NCBI RefSeq assembly: GCF_009914755.1
Contig: NC_060927.1
Length of the DNA: 64,000 nt
DNA from: the human T2T-CHM13v2.0 reference genome, Homo sapiens
Strand: one strand, 5' to 3'
Position 1 is the stretch's first letter. Every line of letters begins with the position of its first letter. This document shows, in pieces, positions 45,187 through 63,000 of this stretch. The notes under the pieces are model-generated. The model made no database searches and was not told where the DNA came from. It saw only the letters and a program-made list of their open reading frames with translations. Position numbers and translations under genes: made by a program.

Positions 45187-48100
45187 CATGAAATATCAAA
45201 GTTCACAAACCATACATTATATACTTTCCATAAAATATCAAAGTACCCATGGCATATATTCTATACTGTACAAAAGATATCAAAGTACCTAAAGCATGTA
45301 TTATATACTGTACATAAAATATGAAAGTACATCAAATATATATTTTATTCTGTACATAAAATATCAAAGTACACCAGATATATATTCTATAGTGTACATA
45401 AAATATCAAAGTACCCAAACTATATATTATATACTGTACATAAAATATGAAATTACATCAAATATGTATTATATTAGGTACATAAAATATGAAAGTACAT
45501 CAAATATAGATTATATACCGTACATAAAATATCAAAGTACCCCAAATATATATTATATACTATACATGAAATATCAAATATCACAAACTATATATTATAT
45601 ACTGTACATAAAATATCAAAGTACCCAATGTATATATTCTATAGTGTACAAAAAATATCAAAGTACCCAAAGCATGTATTATATACTGTACATAAAATAT
45701 AAAAGTACATCAAATATATATTTTATTCTGTACATAAAATATGAAAGTACACCAGATATATATTCTATAGTGTACATAAAATATCAAAGTACCCAAACTA
45801 TACATTATATACTGTACATAAAATATGAAATTACATCAAATATATATTATATTAGGTACTTAAAATATGAAAGTACATCAAATATAGATTATATACTGTA
45901 CATAAAATATCAAAGTACCCCAAATATATATTATATACTGTACATGAAATATCAAAGTTCACAACTATATATTATATACTGTACATAAAATATCAAAGTC
46001 CCCAAGGTATATATTCTATACTGTACAAAAAATATCAAAGTACACAAAGCATGTATTATATACTGTACATAAAATATGAAATTACATCAAATATATATTA
46101 TATTAGGTACATAAAATATGAAAGTACATCAAATATAGATTATATACTGTACATAAAATATCAAAGTACCCCAAATATATATTATATACTGTACATGTAA
46201 TATCAAAGTTCACAACTATATATTACATACTGTACATAAAATATCAAAGTACCCAAGGTATATATTCTATACTGTACAAAAAATATCAAAGTACCCAAAG
46301 CATGTATTATATACTGTACATAAAATATGAAAGTACATCAAATATATATTTTATTCTGTACATAAAATATCAAAGTACACCAGATATATATTCTATAGTG
46401 TACATAAAATAACAAAGTACACAAACTATAAATTATATACTGTACATAAAATATGAAATTACATCAAATATATATTAGGTACATAAAATATGAAAGTACA
46501 TCAAATATAGATTATATACTGTACATATAATATCAATGTACCCCAAATATATATTTTATAGTCTACATGAAATATCAAAGTTCACAAACCATACATTATA
46601 TACTGTACATAAAATATCAAAGTACCCAAGGTATATGTTCTATACTGTACAAAAAATAATAAAGTACCCAAAGCATGTATTATATACTGTACATAATATA
46701 TGAAAGTACATTAAATATATATTTTATTCTGTACATAAAATATCAAAGTACACCAGATATATATTCTATAGTGTACATAAAATATCAAAGTACCCAAACT
46801 ATACATTATATAGTGTACATAAAATATGAAATTACATCAAATATATATTAGGTACATAAAATATGAAAGTACATCAAATATAGATTATATACTGTACATA
46901 AAATATCAAAGTACCCCAAATATATATTATATACTATACATGAAATATCAAAGTTCACAAACTATATATTATATACTGTACATAAAATATCAAAGTACCC
47001 AAGGTATATATTATATACTGTACAAAAATTATCAAAATACCCAAAGCATGTATTATATACTGTATATAAAATATGAAAATACATTAAATATATATTTTAT
47101 TCTGTACATAAAATATCAAAGTACACCAGATATATATTCTATAGTGTACATAAAATAACAAAGTACACAAACTATAAATTATATACTGTACGTAAAATAT
47201 GAAATTACATCAAATATATATTAGGTACATAAAATATGAAAGTACATCAAATATAGATTATATACTGTACATATAATATCAATGTACCCCAAATATATAT
47301 TTTATACTCTACATGAAATATCAAAGTTCACAAACCATACATTATATACTTTCCATAAAATATCAAAGTACCCATGGCATATATTCTATACTGTACAAAA
47401 GATATCAAAGTACCTAAAGCATGTATTATATACTGTACATAAAATATGAAAGTACATCAAATATATATTTTATTCTGTACATAAAATATCAAAGTACACC
47501 AGATATATATTCTATAGTGTACATAAAATATCAAAGTACCCAAACTATATATTATATACTGTACATAAAATATGAAATTACATCAAATATGTATTATATT
47601 AGGTACATAAAATATGAAAGTACATCAAATATAGATTATATACCGTACATAAAATATCAAAGTACCCCAAATATATATTATATATTATACATGAAATATC
47701 AAATATCACAAACTATATATTATATACTGTACATAAAATATCAAAGTACCCAATGTATATATTCTATAGTGTACAAAAAATATCAAAGTACCCAAAGCAT
47801 GTATTATATACTGTACATAAAATATAAAAGTACATCAAATATATATTTTATTCTGTACATAAAATATGAAAGTACACCAGATATATATTCTATAGTGTAC
47901 ATAAAATATCAAAGTACCCAAACTATACATTATATACTGTACATAAAATATGAAATTACATCAAATATATATTATATTAGGTACTTAAAATATGAAAGTA
48001 CATCAAATATAGATTATATACTGTACATAAAATATCAAAGTACCCCAAATATATATTATATACTGTACATGAAATATCAAAGTTCACAACTATATATTAT

Positions 48101-49060
48101 ATACTGTACATAAAATATCAAAGTCCCCAAGGTATATATTCTATACTGTACAAAAAATATCAAAGTACACAAAGCATGTATTATATACTGTACATAAAAT
48201 ATGAAATTACATCAAATATATATTATATTAGGTACATAAAATATGAAAGTACATCAAATATAGATTATATACTGTACATAAAATATCAAAGTGCCCCAAA
48301 TATATATTATATACAGTACATGTAATATCATAGTTCACAACTATATATTACATACTGTACATAAAATATCAAAGTACCCAAGGTATATATTCTATACTGT
48401 ACAAAAAATATCAAAGTACCCAAAGCATGTATTATATACTGTACATAAAATATGAAAGTACATCAAATATATATTTTATTCTGTACATAAAATATCAAAG
48501 TACACCAGATATATATTCTATAGTGTACATAAAATAACAAAGTACACAAACTATAAATTATATACTGTACATAAAATATGAAATTACATCAAATATATAT
48601 TAGGTACATAAAATATGAAAGTACATCAAATATAGATTATATACTGTAGATATAATATCAATGTACCCCAAATATATATTTTATAGTCTACATGAAATAT
48701 CAAAGTTCACAAACCATACATTATATACTGTACATAAAATATCAAAGTACCCAAGGTATATATTCTATACTGTACAAAAAATAATAAAGTACCCAAAGCA
48801 TGTATTATATACTGTACATAAAATATGAAAGTACATTAAATATATATTTTATTCTGTACATAAAATATCAAAGTACACCAGATATATATTCTATAGTGTA
48901 CATAAAATATCAAAGTACCCAAACTATACATTATATAGTGTACATAAAATATAAAATTACATCAAATATATATTAGGTACATAAAATATGAAAGTACATC
49001 AAATATAGATTATATACTGTACATAAAATATCAAAGTACCCCAAATATATATTATATACT
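45187..49060 (+). repeat. Tandem duplication, period 2125 bp (about 1.8 copies)
   Basis: Identical ORFs 45296/47421. CCATGG at 45247 and 47372. Shared ACTTTCCAT, AAAGTCCCC, TACATGTAAT and ATAGTCTAC. Confidence 0.88.
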
Positions 49061-52000
49061 CTACATGAAATATCAAAGTTCACAAACTATATATTATATA
49101 CTGTACATAAAATATCAAAGTACCCAAGGTATATATTCTATACTGTACAAAAAATATCAAAGTACCCAAAGCATGTATTATATACTGTACATAAAATATG
49201 AAAGTACATCAAATATATATTTTATTCTGTACATAAAATATCAAAGTACACCAGATATATATTCTATAGTGTACATAAAATAACAAAGTACACAAACTAT
49301 ACATTATATACTGTACATAAAATATGAAATTACATCAAATATATATTAGGTACATAAAATATGAAAGTACATCAAATATAGATTATACACTGTACATAAA
49401 ATATCAATGTACCCCAAATATATATTTTATACTCTACATGAAATATCAAAGTTCACAAACCATATATTATATACTGTACATAAAATATCAAAGTACCCAA
49501 GGTATATATTCTATACTATACAAAAAATATCAAAGTACCCAAAGCATGTATTATATACTGTACATAAAATATGAAAGTACATCAAATATATATTTTATTC
49601 TGTACATAAAATATCAAAGTACACTAGATATATATTCTATAGTGTACATAAAATATCAAAATACCGAAACTATACATTATATACTGTACATAAAATATGA
49701 AATTACATCAAATATATATTAGGTACATAAAATATGACAGTACATCAAATATAGATTATATACTGTACATAAAATATCAAAGTACCCCAAATATATATTA
49801 TATACTCTACATGAAATGTCAAAGTTCACAAACTATATATTATATACTGTACATAAAATATCAAAATACCCAAGGTATATATTCTATACTGTACAAAAAA
49901 TATCAAGGTACACAAAGCATGTATTATATACTGTACATATAATATGAAAGTACATCAAATATATATTTTATTCTGTACATAAAATATCAAAGTACACCAG
50001 ATATATATTCTATAGTGTACATAAAATAACAAAGTACACAAACTATACATTATATACTGTACATAAAATATGAAATTACATCAAATATATATTAGGTACA
50101 TAAAATATGAAAGAACATCAAACATAGATTATATACTGTACATAAAATATCAAAGTACCCCAAATATATATTTTATACTCTACATTAAATATCAAAGTTC
50201 ACAAACCATATATTGTATACTGTACATAAAATATCAAAGTACCCAAGGTATATATTCTATACTATACAAAAAATATCAAAGTACCCAAAGCATGTATTAT
50301 ATACTGTACATAAAATATGAAAGTACATCAAATATATATTTTATTCTGTACATAAAATATCAAAGTACACTAGATATATATTCTATAGTGTAAATAAAAT
50401 ATCAAAATACGCAAACTATACATTATATACTGTACATAAAATATGAGATTACATCAAATATATATTATATTAGGTACATAAAATATGAAAGTACATCAAA
50501 TATAGATTATATACTGTACATAAAATATCAAAGTACCCCGAATATATATTATATACTCTACATGAAATATCAAAGTTCACAAACTATATATTATATACTG
50601 TACATAAAATTTCAAAGTACCCAAGGTATATATTCTATACTGTACAAAAAATATCAAAGTACCCAAAGCATATATTATATACTGTATATAAAATAAGAAA
50701 GTACATTAAATATATATTTTATTCTGTAAATAAAATATCAAAGTACACCAGATATATATTCTATAGTGTACATAAAATAACAAAGTACACAAACTATAAA
50801 TTATATACTGTACATAAAATATGAAATTACATCAAATATATATTAGGTACATAAAATATGAAAGTACATCAAGTATAGATTATATACTGAACATATAATA
50901 TCAATGTACCCCAAATATATATTTGATAATCTACATGAAATATCAAAGTTCAGAAACCATACATTATATACTGTACATAAAATATCAAAGTACCCAAGGT
51001 ATATATTCTATACTGTACAAAAAATATCAAAGTACCCAAAGCATGTATTATATACTGTACATAATATATGAAAGTACATCAAATATATATTTTATTCTGT
51101 ACATAAAATATAAAAGTACACCAGATATATATTCTATAGTGTACATAAAATATCAAAGTACCCAAACTGTACATTATATACTGTACATAAAATATGAAAT
51201 TACATCAAATATATATTAGGTACATAAAATATGAAAGTACATCAAATATAGATTATATACTGTACATATAATATCAATGTACCCGAAATATATATTTTAT
51301 ACTCTACATGAAATATCAAAGTTCACAAACCATATATTGTATACTGCACATAAAATATCAAAATACCCAAGGTATATATTCTATACTGTACAAAAAATAT
51401 CAAAGTACCCAAAGCAGGTATTATATACTGTACATAAAATATGAAAGTACATCAAATATATATTTTATTCTGTACATAAAATATCAAAGTACACCAGATA
51501 TATATTCTATAGCGTACATAAAATATCAAAGTACACAAACTATACATTATATACTGTACATAAAATATGAAATTACATCAAATATATATTATATTAGGTA
51601 CATAAAATATGAAAGTACATCAAATATAGATTATATACTGTAAATATAATATCAATGTACCCCAAATATATATTTTATACTCTACATGAAATATCAAAGT
51701 TCACAAACCATATATTATATACTGTACATAAAATATCAAAGTACCCAAGGTATATATTCTATACTGTACAAAAAATATCAAAGTACCCAAAGCATGTATT
51801 ATATACTGTACATAAAATATGAAAGTACATCAAATATATATTTTATTCTGTACATAAAATATCAAAGTACACCAGATATATATTCTATAGTGTACATAAA
51901 ATATCAAAGTACCGAAACTATACATTATATACTGTACATAAAATATGAAATTACATCAAATATATATTATATTAGGTACATGAAATATGAAAGTACATCA

Positions 52001-52224
52001 AATATAGATTATATACTGTACATAAAATATGAAAGTACCCCAAATATATATTATATACTCTACATGAAATATCAAGGTTCACAAACTATATATTATATAG
52101 TGTACATAAAATATCAAAGTACCCAAGGTATATATTCTATACTGTACAAAAAATATCAAAGTATCCAAAGCATGTATTATATACTGTATATAAAATATGA
52201 AAGTACATCAAATATATATCTTAT

Positions 52225-54110
52225 TCTGTACATAAAATATCAAAGTACACCAGATATATATTCTATAGTGTACATAAAATATCAAAGTACCCAAACTATA
52301 CATTATATACTGTACATAAAATATGAAATTACAGCAAATATATATTATATTAGGTACATAAAATATGAAAGTACATCAAATATAGATTATATACTGTACA
52401 TTAAATACCAAAATACCCCAAATATATATTTTATACTGTACATGAAATATCAAAGTTCACAAACTCTATATTATATACTGTACATAAAATATCAATGTAC
52501 CCAAGGTATATATTCTATACTGCACAAAAAATATCAAAGTACCCAAAGCATATATTATATACTGTATATAAAATATGAAAGTACATCAAATATATATTTT
52601 ATTCTGTACATAAAATATCAAAGTACACCAGATATATATTCTATAGTGTACATAAAATATCAAAGTACCCAAACTATACATTATATACTGTACATAAAAT
52701 ATGAAATTACATCAAATATATATTATATTAGGTACATAAAATACGAAAGTACATCAAATATAGATTATATACTGTACATAAAATATCAAAGTACCCCAAT
52801 ATATATTATATACTGTACATGAAATATCAAAGTTCACCAACTATATATTATGTACTGTACATAAAATATCAAAGTACCCAAGGTATATATTCTATACTGT
52901 ACAAAAAATATCAAAGTACCCAAAGCATGTATTATATAATGTACATAAAATATGAAAGTACATCAAATATATATTTTATTCTGTACATAAAATATCAAAG
53001 AACACCAGATATATATTCTATAGTGTACATAAAATATCAAAGTACCCAAACTATACATTATATACTGTACATAAAATATGAAATTACATCATATATATAT
53101 TAGGTACATAAAATATGAAAGTATATCAAATATATATTTCATTCTGTACATAAAATATCAAAGTACACCAGATATATATTCTATAGTGTACATAAAATAT
53201 CAAAGTACCCAAACTATACATTATATACTGTACATAAAATATGAAATTACAGCAAATATATATTATATTAGGTACATAAAATATGAAAGTACATCAAATA
53301 TAGATTATATACTGTACATTAAATACCAAAGTACCCCAAATATATATTTTATACTGTACATGAAATATCAAAGTTCACAAACTATATATTATATACTGTA
53401 CATAAAATATCAATGTACCCAAGGTATATATTCTATACTGCACAAAAAATATCAAAGTACACAAAGCATGTATTATATACTGTATATAAAATATGAAAGT
53501 ACATCAAATATATATTTTATTCTGTACATAAAATATCAAAGTACACCAGATATATATTCTATAGTGTACATAAAATATCAAAGTACCCAAACTATACATT
53601 ATATACTGTACATAAAATATGAAATTACATCAAATATATATTATATTAGGTACATAAAATACGAAAGTACATCAAATATAGATTATATACTGTACATAAA
53701 ATATCAAAGTACCCCAATATATATTATATACTGTACATGAAATATCAAAGTTCACAAACTATATATTATGTACTGTACATAAAATATCAAAGTACCCAAG
53801 GTATATATTCTATACTGTACAAAAAATATCAAAGTACCCAAAGCATGTATTATATAATGTACATAAAATATGAAAGTACATCAAATATATATTTTATTCT
53901 GTACATAAAATATCAAAGAACACCAGATATATATTCTATAGTGTACATAAAATATCAAAGTACCCAAACTATACATTATATACTGTACATAAAATATGAA
54001 ATTACATCATATATATATTAGGTACATAAAATATGAAAGTACATCAAATATATATTTTATTCTGTACATAAAATATCAAAGTACACCAGATATATATTCT
54101 ATAGTGTACA
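52225..54110 (+). repeat. Tandem duplication, period 918 bp (22 monomers minus 6 bp)
   Basis: ORFs 52819/53737. ACAGCAAAT at 52331 and 53249. CAAAGAACACC and TACATCATATATATATTAGG occur in both copies. Confidence 0.85.
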
Positions 54111-57100
54111 TAAAATAACAAAGTACACAAACTATAAATTATATACTGTACATAAAATATGAAATTACATCAAATATATATTAGGTACATAAAATATGAA
54201 AGTACATCAAATATAGATTATATACTGTACATATAATATCAATGTACCCGAAATATATATTTTATACTCTACATGAAATATCAAAGTTCACAAACCATAT
54301 ATTGTATACTGCACATAAAATATCAAAATACCCAAGGTATATATTCTATACTGTACAAAAAATATCAAAGTACCCAAAGCAGGTATTATATACTGTACAT
54401 AAAATATGAAAGTACATCAAATATATATTTTATTCTGTACATAAAATATCAAAGTACACCAGATATATATTCTATAGCGTACATAAAATATCAAAGTACA
54501 CAAACTATACATTATATACTGTACATAAAATATGAAATTACATCAAATATATATTATATTAGGTACATAAAATATGGAAGTACATCAAATATAGATTATA
54601 TACTGTAAATATAATATCAATGTACCCCAAATATATATTTTATACTCTACATGAAATATCAAAGTTCACAAACCATATATTATATACTGTACATAAAATA
54701 TCAAAGTACCTAAGGTATATATTCTATACTGTAAAAAAAATATCAAAGTACACAAAGCATGTATTATATACTGTACATAAAATATGAAATTACATCAAAT
54801 ATATATTATATTAGGTACATAAAATATGAAAGTACATCAAATATAGATTATATACTGTACATAAAATATCAAAGTACCCCAAATATATATTATATACTGT
54901 ACATGTAATATCAAAGTTCACAACTATATATTACATACTGTACATAAAATATCAAAGTACCCAAGGTATATATTCTATACTGTACAAAAAATATCAAAGT
55001 ACCCAAAGCATGTATTATATACTGTACATAAAATATGAAAGTACATCAAATATATATTTTATTCTGTACATAAAATATCAAAGTACACCAGATATATATT
55101 CTATAGTGTATATAAAGTATCAAAGTACCCAAACTATACATTATATACTGTACATAAAATATGAAATTACATCAAATATATATTATATTAGGTACATAAA
55201 ATATGAAAGTACATGAAGTATAGATTATATACTGTACATAAAATATCAAAGTACCCCAAATTTATATTATATACTATACATGAAATATCAAAGTTCACAA
55301 ACTATATATTATATACTGTACATAAAATATCAAAGTACCCAAAGTATATATTCTATAGTGTACAAAAAATATCAAAGTACCCAAAGCATGTATTATATAC
55401 CGTACATAAAATATAAAATTACATCAAATATATATTTTATTCTGTACATAAAATATCAAAGTACACCAGATATATATACTATAGTGTACATAAAATATCA
55501 AAGTACCCAAACTATACATTATACACTGTACATAAAATATGAAATTATATCAAATATATATTAGGTACATAAAATATGAAAGTACATCAAATATAGATTA
55601 TATACTGTAAATATAATATCAATGTACCCCAAATATATATTTTATACTCTACATGAAATATCAAAGTTCACAAACCATATATTATATACTGTACATAAAA
55701 TATCAAAGTACCCAAGTTATATATTCTATACTGTACAAAAAATATCAAAGTACCCAAAGCATGTATTATATACTGTACATAAAATATGAAAGTACATCAA
55801 ATATATATTTTATTCTGTACATAAAATATCAAAGTACACTAGATATATATTCTATAGTGTACATAAAACATCAAAATACCCAAACTATACATTATATACT
55901 GTACATAAAATATGAGATTACATCAAATATATATTATATTAGGTACATAAAATATGAAAGTACATCAAATATAGATTATATACTGTACATAAAATATCAA
56001 AGTACCCCGAATATATATTATATACTCTACATGAAATATCAAAGTTCACAAACTATATATTATATACTGTACATAAAATATCAAAGTACCCAAGGTATAT
56101 ATTCTATACTGTACAAAAAATATCAAAGTACCCAAAGCATGTATTATATACTGTATATAAAATAAGAAAGTACATTAAATATATATTTTATTCTGTACAT
56201 AAAATATCAAAGTACACCAGATATATATTCTATAGTGTACATAAAATAACAAAGTACACAAACTATAAATTATATACTGTACATAAAATATGAAATTACA
56301 TCAAATATATATTAGGTACATAAAATATGAAAGTACATCAAATATAGATTATATACTGAACATATAATATCAATGTACCCCAAATATATATTTGATACTC
56401 TACATGAAATATCAAAGTTCAGAAACCATACATTATATACTGTACATAAAATATCAAAGTACCCAAGGTATATATTCTATACTGTACAAAAAATATCAAA
56501 GTACCCAAAGCATGTATTATATACTGTAGATAATATATGAAAGTACATCAAATATATATTTTATTCTGTACATAAAATATCAAAGTACACCAGATATATA
56601 TTCTATAGTGTACATAAAATATCAAAGTACCCAAACTATACATTATATACTGTACATAAAATATGAAATTACATCAAATATATATTAGGTACATAAAATA
56701 TGAAAGTACATCAAATAGATATTTTATTCTGTACATAAAATATCAAAGTACACCAGATATATATTCTATAGTGTACATAAAATAACAAAGTACACAAACT
56801 ATAAATTATATACTGTACATAAAATATGAAATTACATCAAATATATATTAGGTACATAAAATATGAAAGTACATCAAATATAGATTATATACTGTACATA
56901 TAATATCAATGTACCCGAAATATATATTTTATACTCTACATGAAATATCAAAGTTCACAAACCATATATTGTATACTGCACATAAAATATCAAAATACCC
57001 AAGGTATATATTCTATACTGTACAAAAAATATCAAAGTACCCAAAGCAGGTATTATATACTGTACATAAAATATGAAAGTACATCAAATATATATTTTAT

Positions 57101-60024
57101 TCTGTACATAAAATATCAAAGTACACCAGATATATATTCTATAGCGTACATAAAATATTCAAATTACACAAACTATACATTATATACTGTACATAAAATA
57201 TGAAATTACATCAAATATATATTATATTAGGTACATAAAATATGAAAGTACATCAAATATAGATTATATACTGTACATTAAATACCAAAGTACCCCAAAT
57301 ATATATTTTATACTGTACATGAAATTTCAAAGTTCACAAACTATATATTATATACTGTACATAAAATATCAAAGTACCCAAGGTATATATTCTATACTGT
57401 GCAAAAAATATCAAAGTACCCAAAGCATGTATTATATACTGTATATAAAATATGAAAGTACATCAAATATATATTTTATTCTGTACATAAAATATCAAAG
57501 TACACCAGATATATATTCTATAGTGTACATAAAATAACAAAGTACACAAACTATAAATTATATACTGTACGTAAAATATGAAATTACATCAAATATATAT
57601 TAGGTACATAAAATACGAAAGTACATCAAATATAGATTATATACTGTACATAAAATATCAAAGTACCCCAATATATATTATATACTGTACATGAAATATC
57701 AAAGTTCACAAACTATATATTATGTACTGTACATAAAATATCAAAGTACCCAAGGTATATATTCTATACTGTACAAAAAATATCAAAGTACCCAAAGCAT
57801 GTATTATATAATGTACATAAAATATGAAAGTACATCAAATATATATTTTATTCTGTACATAAAATATCAAAGAACACCAGATATATATTCTATAGTGTAC
57901 ATAAAATATCAAAGTACCCAAACTATACATTATATACTGTATATAAAATATGAAATTACATCATATATATATTAGGTACATAAAATATGAAAGTACATCA
58001 AATATATGTTTTATTCTGTACGTAAAATATCAAAGTACACCAGATATATATTCTATAGTGTACATAAAATAACAAAGTACACAAACTATAAATTATATAC
58101 TGTACATAAAATATGAAATTACATCAAATATATATTAGGTACATAAAATATGAAAGTACATCAAATATAGATTATATACTGTACATATAAAATCAATGTA
58201 CCCGAAATATATATTTTATACTCTACATGAAATATCAAAGTTCACAAACCATATATTGTATACTGCACATAAAATATCAAAATACCCAAGGTATATATTC
58301 TATACTGTACAAAAAATATCAAAGTACCCAAAGCAGGTATTATATACTGTACATAAAATATGAAAGTACATCAAATATATATTTTATTCTGTACATAAAA
58401 TATCAAAGTACACCAGATATATATTCTATAGTGTACATAAAATATCAAAGTACACAAACTATACATTATATACTGTACATAAAATATGAAATTACATCAA
58501 ATATATATTATATTAGGTACATAAAATATGAAAGTACATCAAATATAGATTATATACTGTACATTAAATACCAAAGTACCCCAAATATATATTTTATACT
58601 GAACATGAAATTTCAAAGTTCACAAACTATATATTATATACTGTACATAAAATATCAAAGTACCCAAGGTATATATTCTATACTGTGCAAAAAATATCAA
58701 AGTACCCAAAGCATGTATTATATACTGTATATAAAATATGAAAGTACATCAAATATATATTTTATTCTGTACATAAAATATCAAAGTACACCAGATATAT
58801 ATTCTATAGTGTACATAAAATATCAAAGTACCCAAACTATACATTATATACTGTACATAAAATATGAAATTACATCAAATATATATTATATTAGGTACAT
58901 AAAATACGAAAGTACATCAAATATAGATTATATACTGTACATAAAATATCAAAGTACCCCAATATATATTATATACTGTACATGAAATATCAAAGTTCAC
59001 AAACTATATATTATGTACTGTATATAAAATATCAAAGTACCAAAGGTATATATTCTATACTGTACAAAAAATATCAAAGTACCCAAAGCATGTATTATAT
59101 AATGTACATAAAATATGAAAGTACATCAAATATATATTTTATTCTGTACATAAAATATCAAAGAACACCAGATATATATTCTATAGTGTACATAAAATAT
59201 CAAAGTACCCAAACTATACATTATATACTGTACATAAAATATGAAATTACATCATATATATATTATATTAGGTACATAAAATATGAAAGTACATCAAATA
59301 TAGATTATATACTGTACATTAAGTACCAAAGTACCCCAAATATATATTTTATACTGTACATGAAATATCAAAGTTCACAAACTATATATTATATACTGTA
59401 CATAAAATATCAAAGTACCCAAGGTATATATTCTATACTGTACAAAAAATATCAAAGTACCCAAAGCATGTATTATAAACTGTAAATAAAATATGAAAGT
59501 ACATCAAATATATATTTTATTCTGTACATAAAATATCAAAGTACACCAGATATATATTCTATAGTGTACATAAAATATCAAGGTACCAAACTATACATTA
59601 TATACTGTACATAAAATATGAAATTACATCAAATATATATTATATTAGGTACATAAAATATGAAAGTACATCAAATATAGATTATATACTGTACATAAAA
59701 TATCAAAGTACCCCAAATATATATTTTATACTCTACATGAAATATCAAAGTTCACAAACCATACATTATATACTTTCCATAAAATATCAAAGTACCCATG
59801 GCATATATTCTATACTGTACAAAAGATATCAAAGTACCCAAAGCATGTATTATATACTGTACATAAAATATGAAAGTACATCAAATATGTATTTTATTCT
59901 GTACATAAAATATCAAAGTACACCAGATATATATTCTATAGTGTACATAAAATATCAAAGTACCCAAACTATATATTATATACTGTACATAAAATATGAA
60001 ATTACATCAAATATGTATTATATT

Positions 60025-63000
60025 AGGTACATAAAATATGAAAGTACATCAAATATAGATTATATACCGTACATAAAATATCAAAGTACCCCAAATATAT
60101 ATTATATACTATACATGAAATATCAAATATCACAAACTATATATTATATACTGTACATAAAATATCAAAGTACCCAATGTATATATTCTATAGTGTACAA
60201 AAAATATCAAAGTACCCAAAGCATGTATTATATACTGTACATAAAATATAAAAGTACATCAAATATATATTTTATTCTGTACATAAAATATGAAAGTACA
60301 CCAGATATATATTCTATAGTGTACATAAAATATCAAAGTACCCAAACTATACATTATATACTGTACATAAAATATGAAATTACATCAAATATATATTATA
60401 TTAGGTACTTAAAATATGAAAGTACATCAAATATAGATTATATACTGTACATAAAATATCAAAGTACCCCAAATATATATTATATACTGTACATGAAATA
60501 TCAAAGTTCACAACTATATATTATATACTGTACATAAAATATCAAAGTCCCCAAGGTATATATTCTATACTGTACAAAAAATATCAAAGTACACAAAGCA
60601 TGTATTATATACTGTACATAAAATATGAAATTACATCAAATATATATTATATTAGGTACATAAAATATGAAAGTACATCAAATATAGATTATATACTGTA
60701 CATAAAATATCAAAGTACCCCAAATATATATTATATACTGTACATGTAATATCAAAGTTCACAACTATATATTACATACTGTACATAAAATATCAAAGTA
60801 CCCAAGGTATATATTCTATACTGTACAAAAAATATCAAAGTACCCAAAGCATGTATTATATACTGTACATAAAATATGAAAGTACATCAAATATATATTT
60901 TTTTCTGTACATAAAATATCAAAGTACACCAGATATATATTCTATAGTGTATATAAAATATCAAAGTACCCAAACTATACATTATATACTGTACATAAAA
61001 TATGAAATTACATCAAATATATATTATATTAGGTACATAAAATATGAAAGTACATGAAGTATAGATTATATACTGTACATAAAATATCAAAGTACCCCAA
61101 ATTTATATTATATACTATACATGAAATATCAAAGTTCACAAACTATATATTATATACTGTACATAAAATATCAAAGTACCCAAGGTATATATTCTATACT
61201 GTACAAAAAATATCAAAGTATCCAAAGCATGTTTTATATATTGTATATAAAATATGAAAGTACATTAAAGATATATTTTATTCTGTACATAAAATATCAA
61301 AATACACCAGATATATATTCTATAGTGTACATAAAATAACAAAGTACACAAACTATAAATTATATACTGTACATAAAATATGAAATTACATCAAATATAT
61401 ATTAGGTACATAAAATATGAAAGTACATCAAATATAGATTATATACTGTACATATAATATCAATGTACCCCAAATATATATTTTATACTCTACATGAAAT
61501 ATCAAAGTTCACAAACCATACATTATATACTGTACATAAAATATCAAAGTACCCAAGTTATATATTCTATACTGTACAAAAGATATCAAAGTACCCAAAG
61601 CATGTATTATATACTGTATATAAAATATGAAAGTACATCAAATATATATTATATACTGTACATAAAATATCAAAGTACACCAGATATATATTTTATAGTG
61701 TACATAAAATATCAAAGTACCCAAACTATACATTATATACTGTACATAAAATATGAGATTACATCAAATATATATTATATTAGGTACATAAAATATGAAA
61801 GTACATCAGATATAGATTATATACTGTACATAAAATATCAAAGTACCCCAAATATATATTATATACTCTACATGAAATATCAAAGTTCACAAACTATATA
61901 TTATATACTGTACATAAAATATCAAAGTACCCAAGGTATATATTCTATACTGTACAAAAAATATCAAAATACCCAAAGCATGTATTATATACTGTATATA
62001 AAATATGAAAATACATTAAATATATATTTTATTCTGTACATAAAATATCAAAGTACACCAGATATATATTCTATAGTGTACATAAAATAACAAAGTACAC
62101 AAACTATAAATTATATACTGTACGTAAAATATGAAATTACATCAAATATATATTAGGTACATAAAATATGAAAGTACATCAAATATAGATTATATACCGT
62201 ACATAAAATATCAAAGTACCCCAAATATATATTATATACTATACATGAAATATCAAAGTTCACAAACTATATATTATATACTGTACATAAAATATCAAAG
62301 TACCCAATGTATATATTCTATAGTGTACAAAAAATATCAAAGTACCCAAAGCATGTATTATATACTGTATATAAAATATAAAAGTACATCAAATATATAT
62401 TTTATTCTGTACATAAAATATGAAAGTACACCAGATATATATTCTATAGTGTACATAAAATATCAAAGTACCCAAACTATACATTATATACTGTACATAA
62501 AATATGAAATTACATCAAATATATATTATATTAGGTACTTAAAATATGAAAGTACATCAAATATAGATTATATACTGTACATAAAATATCAAAGTACCCC
62601 AAATATATATTATATACTGTACATGAAATATCAAAGTTCACAACTATATATTATATACTGTACATAAAATATCAAAGTCCCCAAGGTATATATTCTATAC
62701 TGTACAAAAAATATCAAAGTACACAAAGCATGTATTATATACTGTACATAAAATATGAAATTACATCAAATATATATTATATTAGGTACATAAAATATGA
62801 AAGTACATCAAATATAGATTATATACTGTACATAAAATATCAAAGTACCCCAAATATATATTATATACTGTACATGTAATATCAAAGTTCACAACTATAT
62901 ATTACATACTGTACATAAAATATCAAAGTACCCAAGGTATATATTCTATACTGTACAAAAAATATCAAAGTACCCAAAGCATGTATTATATACTGTACAT

